From Chlorokybus atmophyticus (taxonomy: Eukaryota; Plantae; Mesostigma and Chlorokybus algae): 64,000 nt of DNA. Every line of letters starts with the position of its first letter. Position 1 is the first letter of the stretch. The notes beneath the pieces were generated by a model that was not told where the DNA came from, searched no databases, and saw nothing but the letters and a program-made list of their open reading frames with translations. Positions 47,491 through 59,699 of the stretch are shown here, piece after piece. Where the stretch lies: contig RHPI01001965.1 in assembly GCA_009103225.1 (NCBI GenBank), forward strand, positions 201,114 to 265,113. The letters are read 5' to 3'. Both the position numbers and the translations under genes were made by a program.

Positions 47491-50400
47491 TGTCATGCGC
47501 GTGCGTGTTGGTGGCGCAACGCATCGATTATGAGGGCTTTTGAGGTCATATTTCATGAGATAGAGCTGAGTTACGGTCATCACATCGAGGTGTAACTCAA
47601 TTACGCTGGTAGGACTCACACTGTGACTGAAAATCGCTGGTTATGACTGATTTGGGTTGTATGGTAGTTGTGGCAGCCAAAGTGGTTAAAACGGTTGTCG
47701 AGGCGTGGTAGGAGGGTATGTAAGTGTTCTTGACTTGTGTTGCAGCTAGTTGAGCGCAAGTCCCTTGTTCTATTGGGAGTATACAGCTACTTGGAGAGGC
47801 TTCAAGACTTGGTTGGTCGTTGCCTTGGTTGTGTGCTTGCCTTGAGTGTGCACGTGCTTGGATACGCTTGTGTGAAGTGTATGAGCGTGTGCCACACCTT
47901 GCGAACGGACTTAGCCTCATCTCCCCGTGCATCACATGCCAATTGCAAGTATAGAAGGCCGTGCTTGAGTCTAGGTTGGCTAAGACACGCGCTTGTTATT
48001 TGCGCTCAACTCATTGGCATAAAGGTGTGCGGGTGTTTGTGGTTGTGGTGGACGTGGAATGCCCGTGGAAACAAGGTCAGGAGCTGGTCTGAAGGAGCTT
48101 GAAGTCCCCTTGAAGGAGAGAGAAGAGTTGCCCGAGAAAGAGGTGCCTACTTCCCCGAGCGAAGGAGACTACGAGAACGAGCCAGCCGGTGACAAGGAAG
48201 ACCACGAGGAGGTTGAAGAGGTTGAAGAGGAGGAGCCAGATCTGATGGACACCTTGTTGAAAACGGAGATGGAGGGTGCGCGCACGCGTTTCAGCGGTCG
48301 GCCCAGCACATTGGAGCTACAAGACTTCAAGGGTAGGTTTGAGTGTCGCATGATTAGCTGGTCGGCACGTGATAGGTCATGGAATGAGCACAAAGCATTC
48401 AAGATGATGCCCGAGTTCTTGGAGGATGAAGCTTTGAGCACGTGGAGGGAGTTCAAGAGGAAGTTGGAGGCACGAGAAGAGGTGTGTAGAGCTGAACATG
48501 GAGCTGAGTTTGAGAAGGAGTGGGCGAAGGTGCAGCCCGTGAAGGAGTTCATGGTGGTGTTGACGTCGACGTATCCACAATCGACGCCGGCAAAGATGAT
48601 GGAGCTGATGTATTTCAAGCGCAAGGATAGTGAGACACCACGCATGATGTACACAAGGATGGTGAAGTTGTTAGAGTACACGGAGCATGAGGTTGTGTCC
48701 AACAAGATGGCGGCGGTGCTGTACTTGCGTGCGTTAGAGGATGGCTTGAGGGAGGCGGTGCAAACCGTGTTGCGAGGAGCGCATCAAGGCGCAAGCTACA
48801 CGCTTCGTGATGTCTTCGTTGCAGCCGAGAACGCTCAATGGCAGCAAGAGTATGAGAAGAGCATTGGTTCGATGGCGGAGGGCATGGCGACGCAGCTGTC
48901 GGGAGCTACCAAGCGCACCGATGCTGGTCGGCGCGATGGAGGGCAAGCTACAGTCATCAAGTCAGCTCCGGTGAGGAGTGTAATGGCTGCAAATGGTGTT
49001 CCTATGGATGCACGGCATGAGGAGCAGCAAACGGGAGTGTGTTGGAGGTGTGGAGAGGTCGGACACATCGCAAAGTATTGTCCGAAGAGGCAAGGCCTTG
49101 TGTGTTCATATTGTGGGAAGATGGGCCATGATGACAATGCGTGTTGGAGCAAGCATCCGCACTTGCGCGCGGAGGTGCTGAGCGGCAAGACGGTGACCAA
49201 GCAAGCACATTCAGCTCATGCGGGAAGCTCACAAAGCCATGCGGAGCTGGCGCGAGCAAGCAAGGTGTCCGCGCTCGTTGCCGAGGTGGCCGAGTTGAAG
49301 GCGGCGCTAGCGGGGCTGCGCACGCAGCCGAAAGGCAAGCAAAAGGGTGTCCGACAGGAGAAGGCTGATGATGATGGAGGTGCGTACGCATACTTGGCGT
49401 ATAGCGCGGCGTGGTGCAGCCCGATGGCGGCTACGGCAGCTACGGGGAGTGCGCGCGCAGCACCTACGACGGCGGTATCGCCCTACATGCGAGGCAAGGG
49501 GGTCCGCGCTGCAGCCTCGGAGGTTTGTAAAGTTGCTGGGGGTTATGAGGAACTGTTTGCACCAGCTGATGCGCGTTCACGCGCGATATTGGCACCGTTG
49601 ACGGCGACGGCGGGAGGCCATGCGCCTGCGCCAGCCATGGAGGTGTCGGCGTCGTCGGTGTCGACATTGCCTTCGGTGAGGAGAGTTGTGAGTGTGGAGC
49701 AGCATGACGGCATGCGTATTAGTGTGAAGAACGATGTGAATGAGGTGAAGGTGCAGTCCGCGAAGGGTCTGGCATTGTTGTTGGAGACGGCGAGTGCACA
49801 AGTCAGCCCTACATGTGCGCGCGAGTTGAAGGTGCCAACGGCGGCGCATGCGGATGCAAGTGCAGTCCATGAGCTGGCGGGAACGCTTCTTCATCAGCCC
49901 ATGTTGACGCTGAAGGATGTTGGTTGCACTTTGGAGCGTTTGGAGTGCGTGTTGGGGCAGATGTCGAAGCCCGCGACAGCCTACGCAGCTACGCAAGTCA
50001 CTTTGGATTTCGAGGCAGCTGTGCCGAGTGAGGAGGTGTATGGAACAGTCATATATGAAGAAAAGGAGCTCAATGCAGTGCCGGATGGTAAGCAAGAGCT
50101 GGAGGGGGATGTGCCTATCGTGGAGTTAGCAAACGGCATGCACACGAAGGTGATGGAAGAGCCGGTGCAGCTGGACTTGTCGGCGGCGTTGTCGAGACCG
50201 GCGGAGAGGCTTGATGTTATGGCGACGGTGGCAACGGTGGACAACAAGCATGGTCATGTGCAGCTGAACGGGTACACACCAGAGCGCGTGCTCGTGGATA
50301 CATGTGCGGAGCCAGTGATACTTGGAGCGAGAGCGGCGGCGCGCATGGGATTGCAGCCGAAGGATTGGGGGCCATGTCCGTGGCATCTCAAGACTGCTGG

Positions 50401-50963
50401 AGGAGGGATGGAGGCCGTGTTTGCGGTGACATTAGAGCCCGTGCAGATCCAATTGACTGCACATGGTGGAGGGCGAACCACTCTTGGTGTTCATTGCCTT
50501 ATCACCGAGGGGGGGAGCTATGATGTGCTATTGGGGCAGGAGTTCTTGTATCCAGTGGGAGGAGGAGTGGACAACTGGTTGGAGCAGGGCTTTTTCAGAC
50601 CGGGATGGGAGCATGGTGATGGTGAGAAGGCATTCTTTCCGTTACGCGTGAGAGAGGTTGAGGAGGCTCGAAGCGAGGGGGTGGACGGATGCGATGGTGC
50701 GTGTGGATGAAGGCGCGTGAGGAGGTCAGCTGGCATTCTCGGGTCGTGAACACCAGCTGAAGGGGGTGTAATACGCGCTTGTTGTGAGTGTTGTGTCATG
50801 TGTATGAGTATGTACACTAGTGGGGCAGCTTCGGGAGGATCCTGAGCTAGCAGACATGCATGGAGGAAGCTACAACATGTGAAGGTGGAAAAGGTGCAGC
50901 ATGATGAGGCCATGACGAGCTGGTGGACGACATCCTCGCGCAACAATAGGATTTGGCACGACA
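47491..50963 (+). mobile_element. Element G: 3.47-kb gag-protease-only insertion
   Basis: Termini TGTCATG...CACGACA (6 of 7 inverted match); 4-bp TSD CGGG (47487-47490 and 50964-50967); removing it restores the family-B LTR. Confidence 0.85.
48059..50710 (+). CDS. Intact 883-aa retroelement Gag-aspartic protease polyprotein
   Basis: Capsid-like region (RFSGRPSTLELQDFKGRFE...YLRALEDGLREAV), two Zn knuckles (CWRCGEVGHIAKYC, CSYCGKMGHDDNAC), retropepsin-like VLVDTCAEPVILG...YDVLLGQEFL; no RT, RH or IN. Confidence 0.85.
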   Translation: MPVETRSGAGLKELEVPLKEREELPEKEVPTSPSEGDYENEPAGDKEDHEEVEEVEEEEPDLMDTLLKTEMEGARTRFSGRPSTLELQDFKGRFECRMISWSARDRSWNEHKAFKMMPEFLEDEALSTWREFKRKLEAREEVCRAEHGAEFEKEWAKVQPVKEFMVVLTSTYPQSTPAKMMELMYFKRKDSETPRMMYTRMVKLLEYTEHEVVSNKMAAVLYLRALEDGLREAVQTVLRGAHQGASYTLRDVFVAAENAQWQQEYEKSIGSMAEGMATQLSGATKRTDAGRRDGGQATVIKSAPVRSVMAANGVPMDARHEEQQTGVCWRCGEVGHIAKYCPKRQGLVCSYCGKMGHDDNACWSKHPHLRAEVLSGKTVTKQAHSAHAGSSQSHAELARASKVSALVAEVAELKAALAGLRTQPKGKQKGVRQEKADDDGGAYAYLAYSAAWCSPMAATAATGSARAAPTTAVSPYMRGKGVRAAASEVCKVAGGYEELFAPADARSRAILAPLTATAGGHAPAPAMEVSASSVSTLPSVRRVVSVEQHDGMRISVKNDVNEVKVQSAKGLALLLETASAQVSPTCARELKVPTAAHADASAVHELAGTLLHQPMLTLKDVGCTLERLECVLGQMSKPATAYAATQVTLDFEAAVPSEEVYGTVIYEEKELNAVPDGKQELEGDVPIVELANGMHTKVMEEPVQLDLSAALSRPAERLDVMATVATVDNKHGHVQLNGYTPERVLVDTCAEPVILGARAAARMGLQPKDWGPCPWHLKTAGGGMEAVFAVTLEPVQIQLTAHGGGRTTLGVHCLITEGGSYDVLLGQEFLYPVGGGVDNWLEQGFFRPGWEHGDGEKAFFPLRVREVEEARSEGVDGCDGACG

Positions 50964-53900
50964 CGGGAGTTATAAGAGTTACGAGAGGTACGGGAGTTAC
51001 AGGAGTTATAGTCAACCATGGTCAACTTTGACTTTGACCGTTGACTTTGACCATTGACTAGTGTTAACTTTAACCAAAGTTGACTAGAGTTGATTAGTGC
51101 TTAATAGCATTAAATATAAGACACTGTACACTGCTTAATACAGTGGGTCGCACATTGTCTTTATAGTTGGCGCGCTTGCTGCACTTGTCCTTAGTGTGTG
51201 CACACTTGTATTAAAGGGGCAAATACACACGCTCTAGGCGCATCACTAGTTCTCATTAGGTTATGGGCCCACACTCGCTTGTCTGATCGCTTGTGCTAGT
51301 GAAAGAAAGTGTTGAGCATAGGCGCCTACTAGTAGAGTGTTCTTGGGGAGAGGGTGAATTGTATTATTGTGTAGCAAGTAATGGTTGACACGGATATGAT
51401 GCCCATCGAGTCCCTTGATCTGCACAGCTACGCTTCATGGTCGCTGAAGATGAAGTTAGTGCTGATCCGCAAGAACAGGTGACACTGGTACCTGGACAGG
51501 AAACTCACAATCAGCTTTTGCGCTAATAGGTTTGCACGTTTAAGACTTCCATCTCCCTCTTATTGCGGATTGCAAGACTGGACGTGAGGCGTGGGAGGTC
51601 TTCGACACCCTCTTCAAGGCCAACAGCAATTCGCGCAAGTTGCAACTGAGACGCAAGCTAACACTTCTGAAGATGGAGCACAAAGAGCCAATCCAGAAGT
51701 ACATCTCACGTGCAAGGGAGCTTTGGCAAGACCTTGCATCAGTAGGCCACGATGTGAAGGAAGAGGAGGTGATGTGGGCAATCTTAGGCTGGCTTAGGAA
51801 AGAGCTTTGCTACGCTAGTAACTGTATTGGAGTCCTCAGATGTGGTATTGAAGTTTGCTGATGTAGTGCCTAAGCTGCTAGATGTGGAAGGCAAGTTGGA
51901 TGTTCAGGAGATAGAGAATGGTGGAGAATCTTTCGCATTCGCTGCCTCATCTTCTCAACACACACGAAGCAGGAGCAAAGCAGGTGATGGGAAGCCCTCA
52001 TGCAACAAAGAGTGTCACCATTGCAAGATGAAGGGCCACTTCATTCGCGAGTGCTAGAAGAGAACCACAATGAGGCAACCAAGGAGGAGCACGCCACGAT
52101 GGCGATTGCTTTCTAACATTGGTGAGGACCTCAAGGAGTTGCAGTGGATGGTGTTCGTCCGTCCTCTCCCACTGCAAGGGCGCGTGAAGGACATGCGTAG
52201 ATGGAGATCGCAGACACAAAGGATTGTGAGAGTTACTGCTAGCCTATGAGTAATTGCTGGTGTTGAGCTGCATACACTAGAGGTTGCATTGCTGTGGAGT
52301 TGTTTTTTTGGTAGCACACAGGTGTGCGGTACTGGATAGAACATTTCATTTGATTGCAAGGACTGAGTTGTGTAGCTAGCGAACAGGAGATGGGAGGGGT
52401 GCTTTCCTTGGTAGAAGGGTCTGATCAACCCTTGCACGGCCTACACTCTGGTACAGCATTGCTAAGGTAGAGAACTCAGTGTAGTTTATAGCATGGTTTG
52501 CCATTGAGGGAGTCCTCGAAACCTGAGCAAGGTCAGGCGTGGCGTGGTGGAACCTGATGCGACAACTATGAGGAGGAAACAAGGAGTATTGGAACCTTGT
52601 AGTCCTGGTGGCAGCATGAGGAGAATGATGGTGTCATGGAGACAAGCATCAAGTCCGTGGGAGCAACAGATTCGTAGGAGTGTTTAATGGAGTAAGTTAA
52701 TGTGGGTAAGCTTGCAAGAAGAACTTGGAGTTCAAGGTCAAGCTGCTCGCGTGGGAGTGTTAAATGTTATAGCTTGTTGAAAGTACATGTATAGGTGGCG
52801 CCTACATGTAGTTGGTACGATCAGCTTAACCTTTATAGTTACGGGAGTTACGAGAGTTACGAGAGTTACGGGAGTTACGGGAGTTATGGCAGTTATGGTC
52901 AACCATGGTCAACTTTGACTTTGACCGTTAACTTTGACCATTAACTAGTGTTGACTAGTGTTGACTTTGACCAGAGTTGACTAGAATTGACTAGTGCTTA
53001 ATAGCATAGTATATAAGACACTGTATACTGCTTAATACAGTGGGTCGCACATTGTCTCTATAGTTGGCGTGCTTGCTGCACTTGACCTTAGTGTGTGCAC
53101 ACTTGTAAGTAAGAGGCAAATACACACACACTAGGCGCATCACTAGTTCTCAACACAAGATATTTGAAGTAGCAGTCTTCTTCCCACCGCACTCACTGTT
53201 GGCAAGCACGTGCATAGCTTGCCTACCTGTTTACAAGCACCCTCATCACACGCTCACTATCTGCTTGTATGTAAACCTACGCAGTGGTGGCTGCGGATGG
53301 AGTCAGTGGAGAGCAGCAGTGAATAAACCACCCCAATCTATAGCGTATGCAACTGACTCTGCCTCCTCTCCCCGCTAGTGGCTGTCCTCTTAAACGTTTC
53401 CACGCTCTGTAGCCCCCCTCCCTTCCTCTTACACTATGTCTGTAGGAAGTTGGTAGTTTGTAATCGTGTTGTGTATATAAAAGCCATCTATATGTATGTG
53501 GTAAACGTAGCGGTAGGGGTAAACATGCATGCGTGCATTTTTATGAATTAATAATATTATAACTTATAATTGATCATTCATCTTCTGCAGCAGTTGTTAG
53601 TTTTTCACCTGTTGGCATGTAACAAGCAGTGTCCATAAGTGAGCGTCAAATGTACAACTATGACAGTTGAGCGATAATGACTTTAATATCAATGTTTAAA
53701 AGGTATGTAGCACTTGTGCAGTACATGCGCGTATTCATGTGCATGCAGTGACCGAGCATGGTTGAGCGTGTGCAGTATATCAAAAAAGACTTTGAAGAGA
53801 TCAAAGAGAAATGGGCTGGCTGACACAGGCTGCGGCTTTGGCTTTACATTAACATCAATTGCATGTGGTATTGCTCAACATTTTACCTACTGTTCTCCTC

Positions 53901-54911
53901 CTTAAAAGATTGCGCCATGGGTCCGTCCTTTTCATGTGGTGTGTAATAAGTTACGGCATAGTGGGAGGTTGCACGGGTAGTTGGAAGCTACTATTAGCCG
54001 TGAGCACAAGTATTTGCCAACTATACAAGTATACTATAAGAGCTTGTTCTCTTTAATGTATGCTGGCTCTACGTGCACGGTCTAGGAAGTTGGCAGTGGA
54101 AGTTTGGAACCTTGATGTAGCATTGGCCGAAGCCTTAGCAAAATGTGACAAGTATTGTGTTGAAGCAGCTTAACCACGAGTTGCTTGCTGACAAGCATTT
54201 CCAAGAAAAGATTATGTATTGTAAGCGCAAAAAGTGGTTGGCTGATGGTTTGATTGTGAAAAAGACAAATGCGGAGCTTGCCGAAGGTGCAAAGTGTGCG
54301 TCCTTTTGCGTATACCACAGCATGTTTTAGGTTGTAAACGGGGTAGTGAGTGTAATGGTGCCAACCTGTTGATAGAAGTGGAAGAAGTTGTTATACCTTT
54401 AAATATTGTTAAAAATGCTTTGTATGAGGTGTACACGGATGCATATGCATAAATACAAGTGGGTGGTGACATTTGGACTATGGCCAATGGCAATAAGAGT
54501 GAGCATTGCAAGCTTGCAAGTGTAGCTCAACAACATCAACAACGTCCCGAAGAGCACTGAGCACTGATCACTGGCAGCAACCGATTGCAGCATCATTGCG
54601 AGCATTATTGGATTGGTGTGCAAGAGAGATTTTGCATGGTTGAGATTTTAGTTTAGCCCACTCGGCTAGTTTGCATTCCTAATAAAAGGTGGGGCCCTGT
54701 GTGTGGCCCGGTCGGCTAAGACCTTTTTTGTTCACCTCCCCCTGCGCCATGCAGTGGCCTGTCCCTAGCTCCCTTGTGCTTGGCGCGCGATTGCCTTCGT
54801 CCCTAGCTTTTCTCTTTCGACGAGCAAGTGAGCTACTGAGGCGGCTTCCCTGACCGCACCGGAGCAGTGCCAAAATTAGGCTTTTTTGTACTACAATTGA
54901 TTGTAGTGCGT

Positions 54912-55407
54912 CATATGAGTTCATGAAGCGCATGAAATGCGCGCCCATGAACTCAAGATCTCGTTAATGAGTTATGAGACTCTTGTGCCCTTCGTGCCTC
55001 GGGCACTTGGGGGCACAAGCACTCACTAGATGTGAATTGTGAGTCACGACTCCTTATCTAGTCGCTTGAAACCCTAGCTTAAAGGCGCCATCCTTGGCGA
55101 CGGTGGCGAGGGTGGTATGCTTTGCAAGTGTACACGCTCCACAAGCTTCAACCTCGGCGTTGGCAGCAGTGGCGCCATCAACGAGTCAAAAACTGAAGAA
55201 ACGCGTGACTTTCACACCTGGCGTGAATATGTAGGTCCCGTAGTTATAGCCTAGCGCCCTAGTGCAGAATTGTATATAGATCAGCCTATATCTGTACACT
55301 TGTACACTTGTATAGTAATGCACTTGGGTGCTGGGCATAGCCACCGTGCTATTGACCCATAGCGACCCCCCAGCACAAGCTGTGTCGCATATAACTTGTG
55401 TGTGAGT
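54912..55407 (+). mobile_element. Solo-type DIRS remnant: A, spacer, B only
   Basis: A 54912-55116; spacer; B 55349-55407; no B1 or YR upstream. Confidence 0.85.
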
Positions 55408-55847
55408 GTAGTGGGACTCGAACTCAGGTCGCTAGGGCCCGACATTTTGTTCAGAATCCGGATTAGCCCACTTGGCTAGCCTCGCACGAGCTATTGCGGC
55501 GGCTATTAGGTATGCTTGGCGTGCAGTTGCCTCCGCTATTGACTGTTTTACAACGAGCGTATGGATTATTGCGGCGGCTTCCCGTACTGCGCCGAAGTAG
55601 TGCCATAACATTGGGCTCTTCTTACTGCTGTTATTCACCGTGCGTCCGTTAAGACTTAAACTCAAGTCACTAGGGCCTAACCTTTTGCGCCAGAGCAGTG
55701 CCAACAAATAAACTCTTGCTTCAATACCATTTTCTTATGCTTTTGAACTAGCCTACTCGGCTAGCCTTGTGCAATGCTACCCCAGTGGGGTAATCCGAAT
55801 CTTCAACCGAAGGTCGGGGCCTTAGCGACCCAAGTTCAAGTCACCAA

Positions 55848-58800
55848 ACTTACACATGAGTTATATGCGATACATAGCTCATGCTGGGGGATCGACATGG
55901 GTCAATAGATATGCCCAGCACCCAAGTGCATTATCATACAAATGTACAAGTGCATAGATACGGGTTGATGTGTACACAAGTCTGCTCTATGGTGCTAGGC
56001 TACAACTATGGGAACTATTTGCACGTTATGTGCGAAAGTGACGCGCCTCTTTAATTTTTGACTTAGTGACGGCGCCATCGCCGCTGAAGCAGTGGTTGAA
56101 GCCTGAAAAGCCTGTACACCTGCAAAGTAAACCACCCTTGCCGCCCATGCCAAGGATGGCGCCGCCGTGCTAAGGTTTCAAGTGACTAGATAAGGAGCAT
56201 GAGACTCGCAACGCATGCTTAGCGAGTGCTTGTGCCCTCAAGTGCCCAAGGCACTAGGGGCACAAGAGTTTCATAACTGATTAACGGGTTCTTGAGTTCA
56301 TGGGCGCGCACTTCATGCGCTTCATGAACTCATATAACTCACACACGAGTTATATGCGACACACAGCTCATGCTGGGGGGTCGCTACGAGTTAATAGATG
56401 TATAAAACAGTGAGAGCACGTACCACCCAAGCCGAGGCTCTGCGGTAGTGTGTGCAACTCAGGCAATGCGGCGCGCACATGGCTATCAATTGCAGTGGAA
56501 GACTTCCAAAGCCAAAACTGCTACCACAGGTACCAGGGCACACCTGCCTTCATGGCTTGGGTCGCGGCTCTTAAACGGGCAAAGCGTGTGCCAAAACGCG
56601 TGGGGTCCTCCCTCGCCGCGTTAAAGGGCTGCCTTCTCCCAACCCAGCATGGTGCCATATGGCACCAAGGCGTTGCATATGACGCACGTTCCCCACGCTC
56701 GTATAATGGAGCGCAGCAACTTGCCCAGGTCTGCATGCCGATACCCCGAGGCGCATAACAACTTTTTGGTGCGCATCACAGGGCACAAGTTACCGCCCAC
56801 CGCAGCTATATTGTGACGCCCACACTATGTTGATCGGTTTTGCTGCACAGAATAATGAGATTCATGCAGCCTGGGCGAAAGTGTCATGCGTGTTGCCCTC
56901 CGCTAGGTCGGAATATCGCATCATACTCGCAAACTTCAGCAGCACCGCCACCGTTTACAACCTGGCCACCACGTCCCACCCATTGCGAGCAAAGTATGAG
57001 ACCATGGCTCGCAGGAGCTCATGTGGGCGTCCTTTTTTTGCGTGTTCAATGGTAGCAGCCTGGCAGCGGCCTGGCGCTTCACCGCAAAGAGTGCATGCGC
57101 AGTGGGAGAGGCCTGGTCTACCATGGTATGCGCAGCATGTATGGCCGAAGAGGCATGTTTCACAGTTGCCGGGGTGGTGGAATCCACCAACACCTTGGTC
57201 AGGCAAAGGGCCATTGTGCCAGGGGCTGCTGGCAGGGCAGCCCAGCTACGAGGCGTGCAGGACTCCATAAAGCGGCACCAGTAGCTCTCATGGCCACGCA
57301 GGATGCTAATAGCACGTGAGGCTGCTACCACTGCCGGGTATAAGGTGCGCATGCGCTCGATCAATTTTATGATCTTCGGGGACATTAGGCATGAGCAACT
57401 GTAAGCTACACTTAATAGCAGCTACACACAGCATGTGTCAATGGCCAGGACGCAGGTCAATGCGCACTGCCCACATGCGACTATTGGGCAAGCCCCTTAA
57501 AAGTTCCGTTGCTTGAGGGCTAGGCCACAAGCAGGCTGGGCCTCTGCCTAGGCTCACAACATCTGTAACAGATAGTGTCCACACCCCACCGGGGCAAAGC
57601 ACAGGCCAACAGTTTTGGGTTGTCCACTCGGGTACAATGAGGCAAATGCGAGCCTTGCGTTTGCGGGCATGGCGCAGAACAGTGCCAATACGGTGTGGTG
57701 GGGGATGGCACCAATTGTTGCAACCACTCCAGTTACCATGCAATGCATTGTCAGACGATCCCAAATATGGCAACACCGAGTTGAAGGCCACACATACAGT
57801 GTTGGCATCCATGGCGAAGCGGTCTACAATAAAGGTGCCCCACTTGCGGGCAAGCAAGTGGACCCATGGGTTTTGCAAGGTCCAACCATTCCAATCTGGT
57901 GCTTTGGAGAGCGCGTATGCCTTCTTATTGAGCTCATGTGGTAACCACTCCACATGCAAGCGGATGCAACGGCAGTAGCAATGGAAAAGAATACGGCATG
58001 CCACTTGCTGCAAATGCTTGGCCTCACTGCGCCCTGTACACATAATGTTGTACACATTGTGGGCATCACCATAACACAGCACCGTGCGTCCATGTAGCTC
58101 CTCCTCAATAGTGAGCAGGGCACGCTCAAGTCCCAGTTACTCGCGGTATGTTAATAAAGTCAAGCATCCATCCAGCATAAATGTGCCCTTCACCATGGGG
58201 GTAGCTGTGCCATGGCGCATTAATCCCCAACCAGTGTTGCTAGCATTGATGAATTGCACTATGTCCGGCTGCACAGTAGGCCAAGTGGGTGCCATTAAGC
58301 TGCTCCAAATGGTCTCTCAGCCACATTAATTCTGTGATCGTAGATTGGCGTAGCACCATGTGAGAGCTTCATGAGCGGCGGGTGTCACTCAGCGGCGCGT
58401 ATGCCAAGTCATGAGTTTGATGGCAGGACCCAACACCATGAACATGAATTGTAGCTTGCCACAGATTGCGAGCAACTTCATCGGCATATGGCGCCTATTA
58501 CCAATTGCGCGTTGCAAGTCTCTGAGCAAACCATTGCGCTTCTTGCCGGGGACACGAAGAGTACCAGCATATGTATTCCACACAAAGCCGAGGAAAATGA
58601 CGACATTGCAGAGCACAATAAGTGCCTTGGTGTTGATCACTGGCCCGCACCATGCTGCATCTACTTGCACCATAGACAGGGTGGAGGCATGCTCCGCCTT
58701 GGAGCGAGCAGCAAAGAGGAAGTCGTCGATGTATGGCAATACCTGAATGCCTTGCACACGCCAGCGTCGCACCAATTGTTTCATAACCTTTGCGAACACG

Positions 58801-59380
58801 AAGCACGCCGTGCTCAACCCAAAGGGCAACGCGCAAAAGTTGTACACTTTGCCCGCAAACGAGAACCCCAAGTAGCCCCAAAAGGCGGGGTAAATGTCCA
58901 CATAATGGTAGCCAAAATTCAAGTCCATGAAAAACAACCGGTCCTCAAGTTGCAACAAGTCCGGGATGCTGCGTACATCCTCATACTTGAACGGCGTGTG
59001 CACCTTGTAGGAATTGACATAGCGCAAGTTCATAGTGAGGCGCAACTCGCGGCCGTCATCGACCACATTGAGTGGGCTCACCACGAGGGGGGTTGTCACA
59101 GACTCTTGTGCGGCCCCACTATGCACTAGGTTGGTAATGATAGCTGTAGCGAGGCCTGCAAACTCGTGCACACCCTTGTGGGTGGTGAATGCCCATGGTG
59201 GTGGTGGGTTTTAAGCCCATGGTAGCTTGTACCCATACTCCACCCATGAGAGCACCATAGTAGACTCCCAAAATTCACGCCATGCTGGCAGGGCATCACG
59301 CAGTTGATAACGCATGTAGGGCCCCTTGTCGGTGAGGTTGGCAGGGACGCGAGCAAACTCATGGTGCTTCATTTAGTCAT
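55848..59380 (-). mobile_element. DIRS-order (PAT-like) element, 5'-truncated: RT, RH, Dam-like, YR, B1-A2-spacer-B2
   Basis: RT 59171-58389 (ALPFGLSTACFVFAKV, YIDD); RH; Dam-like VDRFA...FNS...NNWCHPP...LIVPEW (~57900-57470); YR 57385-~56420 (frameshifted); B1 56397-56337; A2 56336-56131; B2 55908-55848. Confidence 0.95.
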
Positions 59381-59699
59381 GAACGAGGTCCTCCTCCGTG
59401 CTAATATATAGGCCACTGCACACGACCACAAACTTTCCTCAACAATGGAGCCTAGCAAAAGCCTCAACGGCATGGGAACCGTAAAACAACCACAACTTGT
59501 GCCAACAGTGTCCACCAACCTCCTTTCACACAGCTCCAGCCCCAGGCACACACATGCCCAACACATCCACATGCACACACACAACACCACACCCCACAAG
59601 GGATGAGGGGGAGAGCCCCTTCAACAGCTACAACAAGGCACCCCACACACGAGTGGCTCTCAAATGGTGAACACACTCTGATCCCTACTCAAGGTAGCA

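Larger units (their letters stand above)
47403..53155 (+). mobile_element. Non-autonomous copia, family B copy 2, with element G nested in its 5' LTR
   Basis: Perfect TSD CAAGA (47398-47402 and 53156-53160); 5' LTR split into 47403-47490 and 50964-51258; PBS 51259-51272; decayed gag; 3' LTR 52758-53155. Confidence 0.95.

Noticed and set aside
53600-54620. Possible decayed DNA-transposase sequence
   Set aside because: Only vague motif echoes with many stops; not supportable without a profile search.
55412-55445. tRNA gene suggested by a reverse GTTCGAGTCCC motif
   Set aside because: No cloverleaf or A-box can be built; at most a tRNA-derived repeat.
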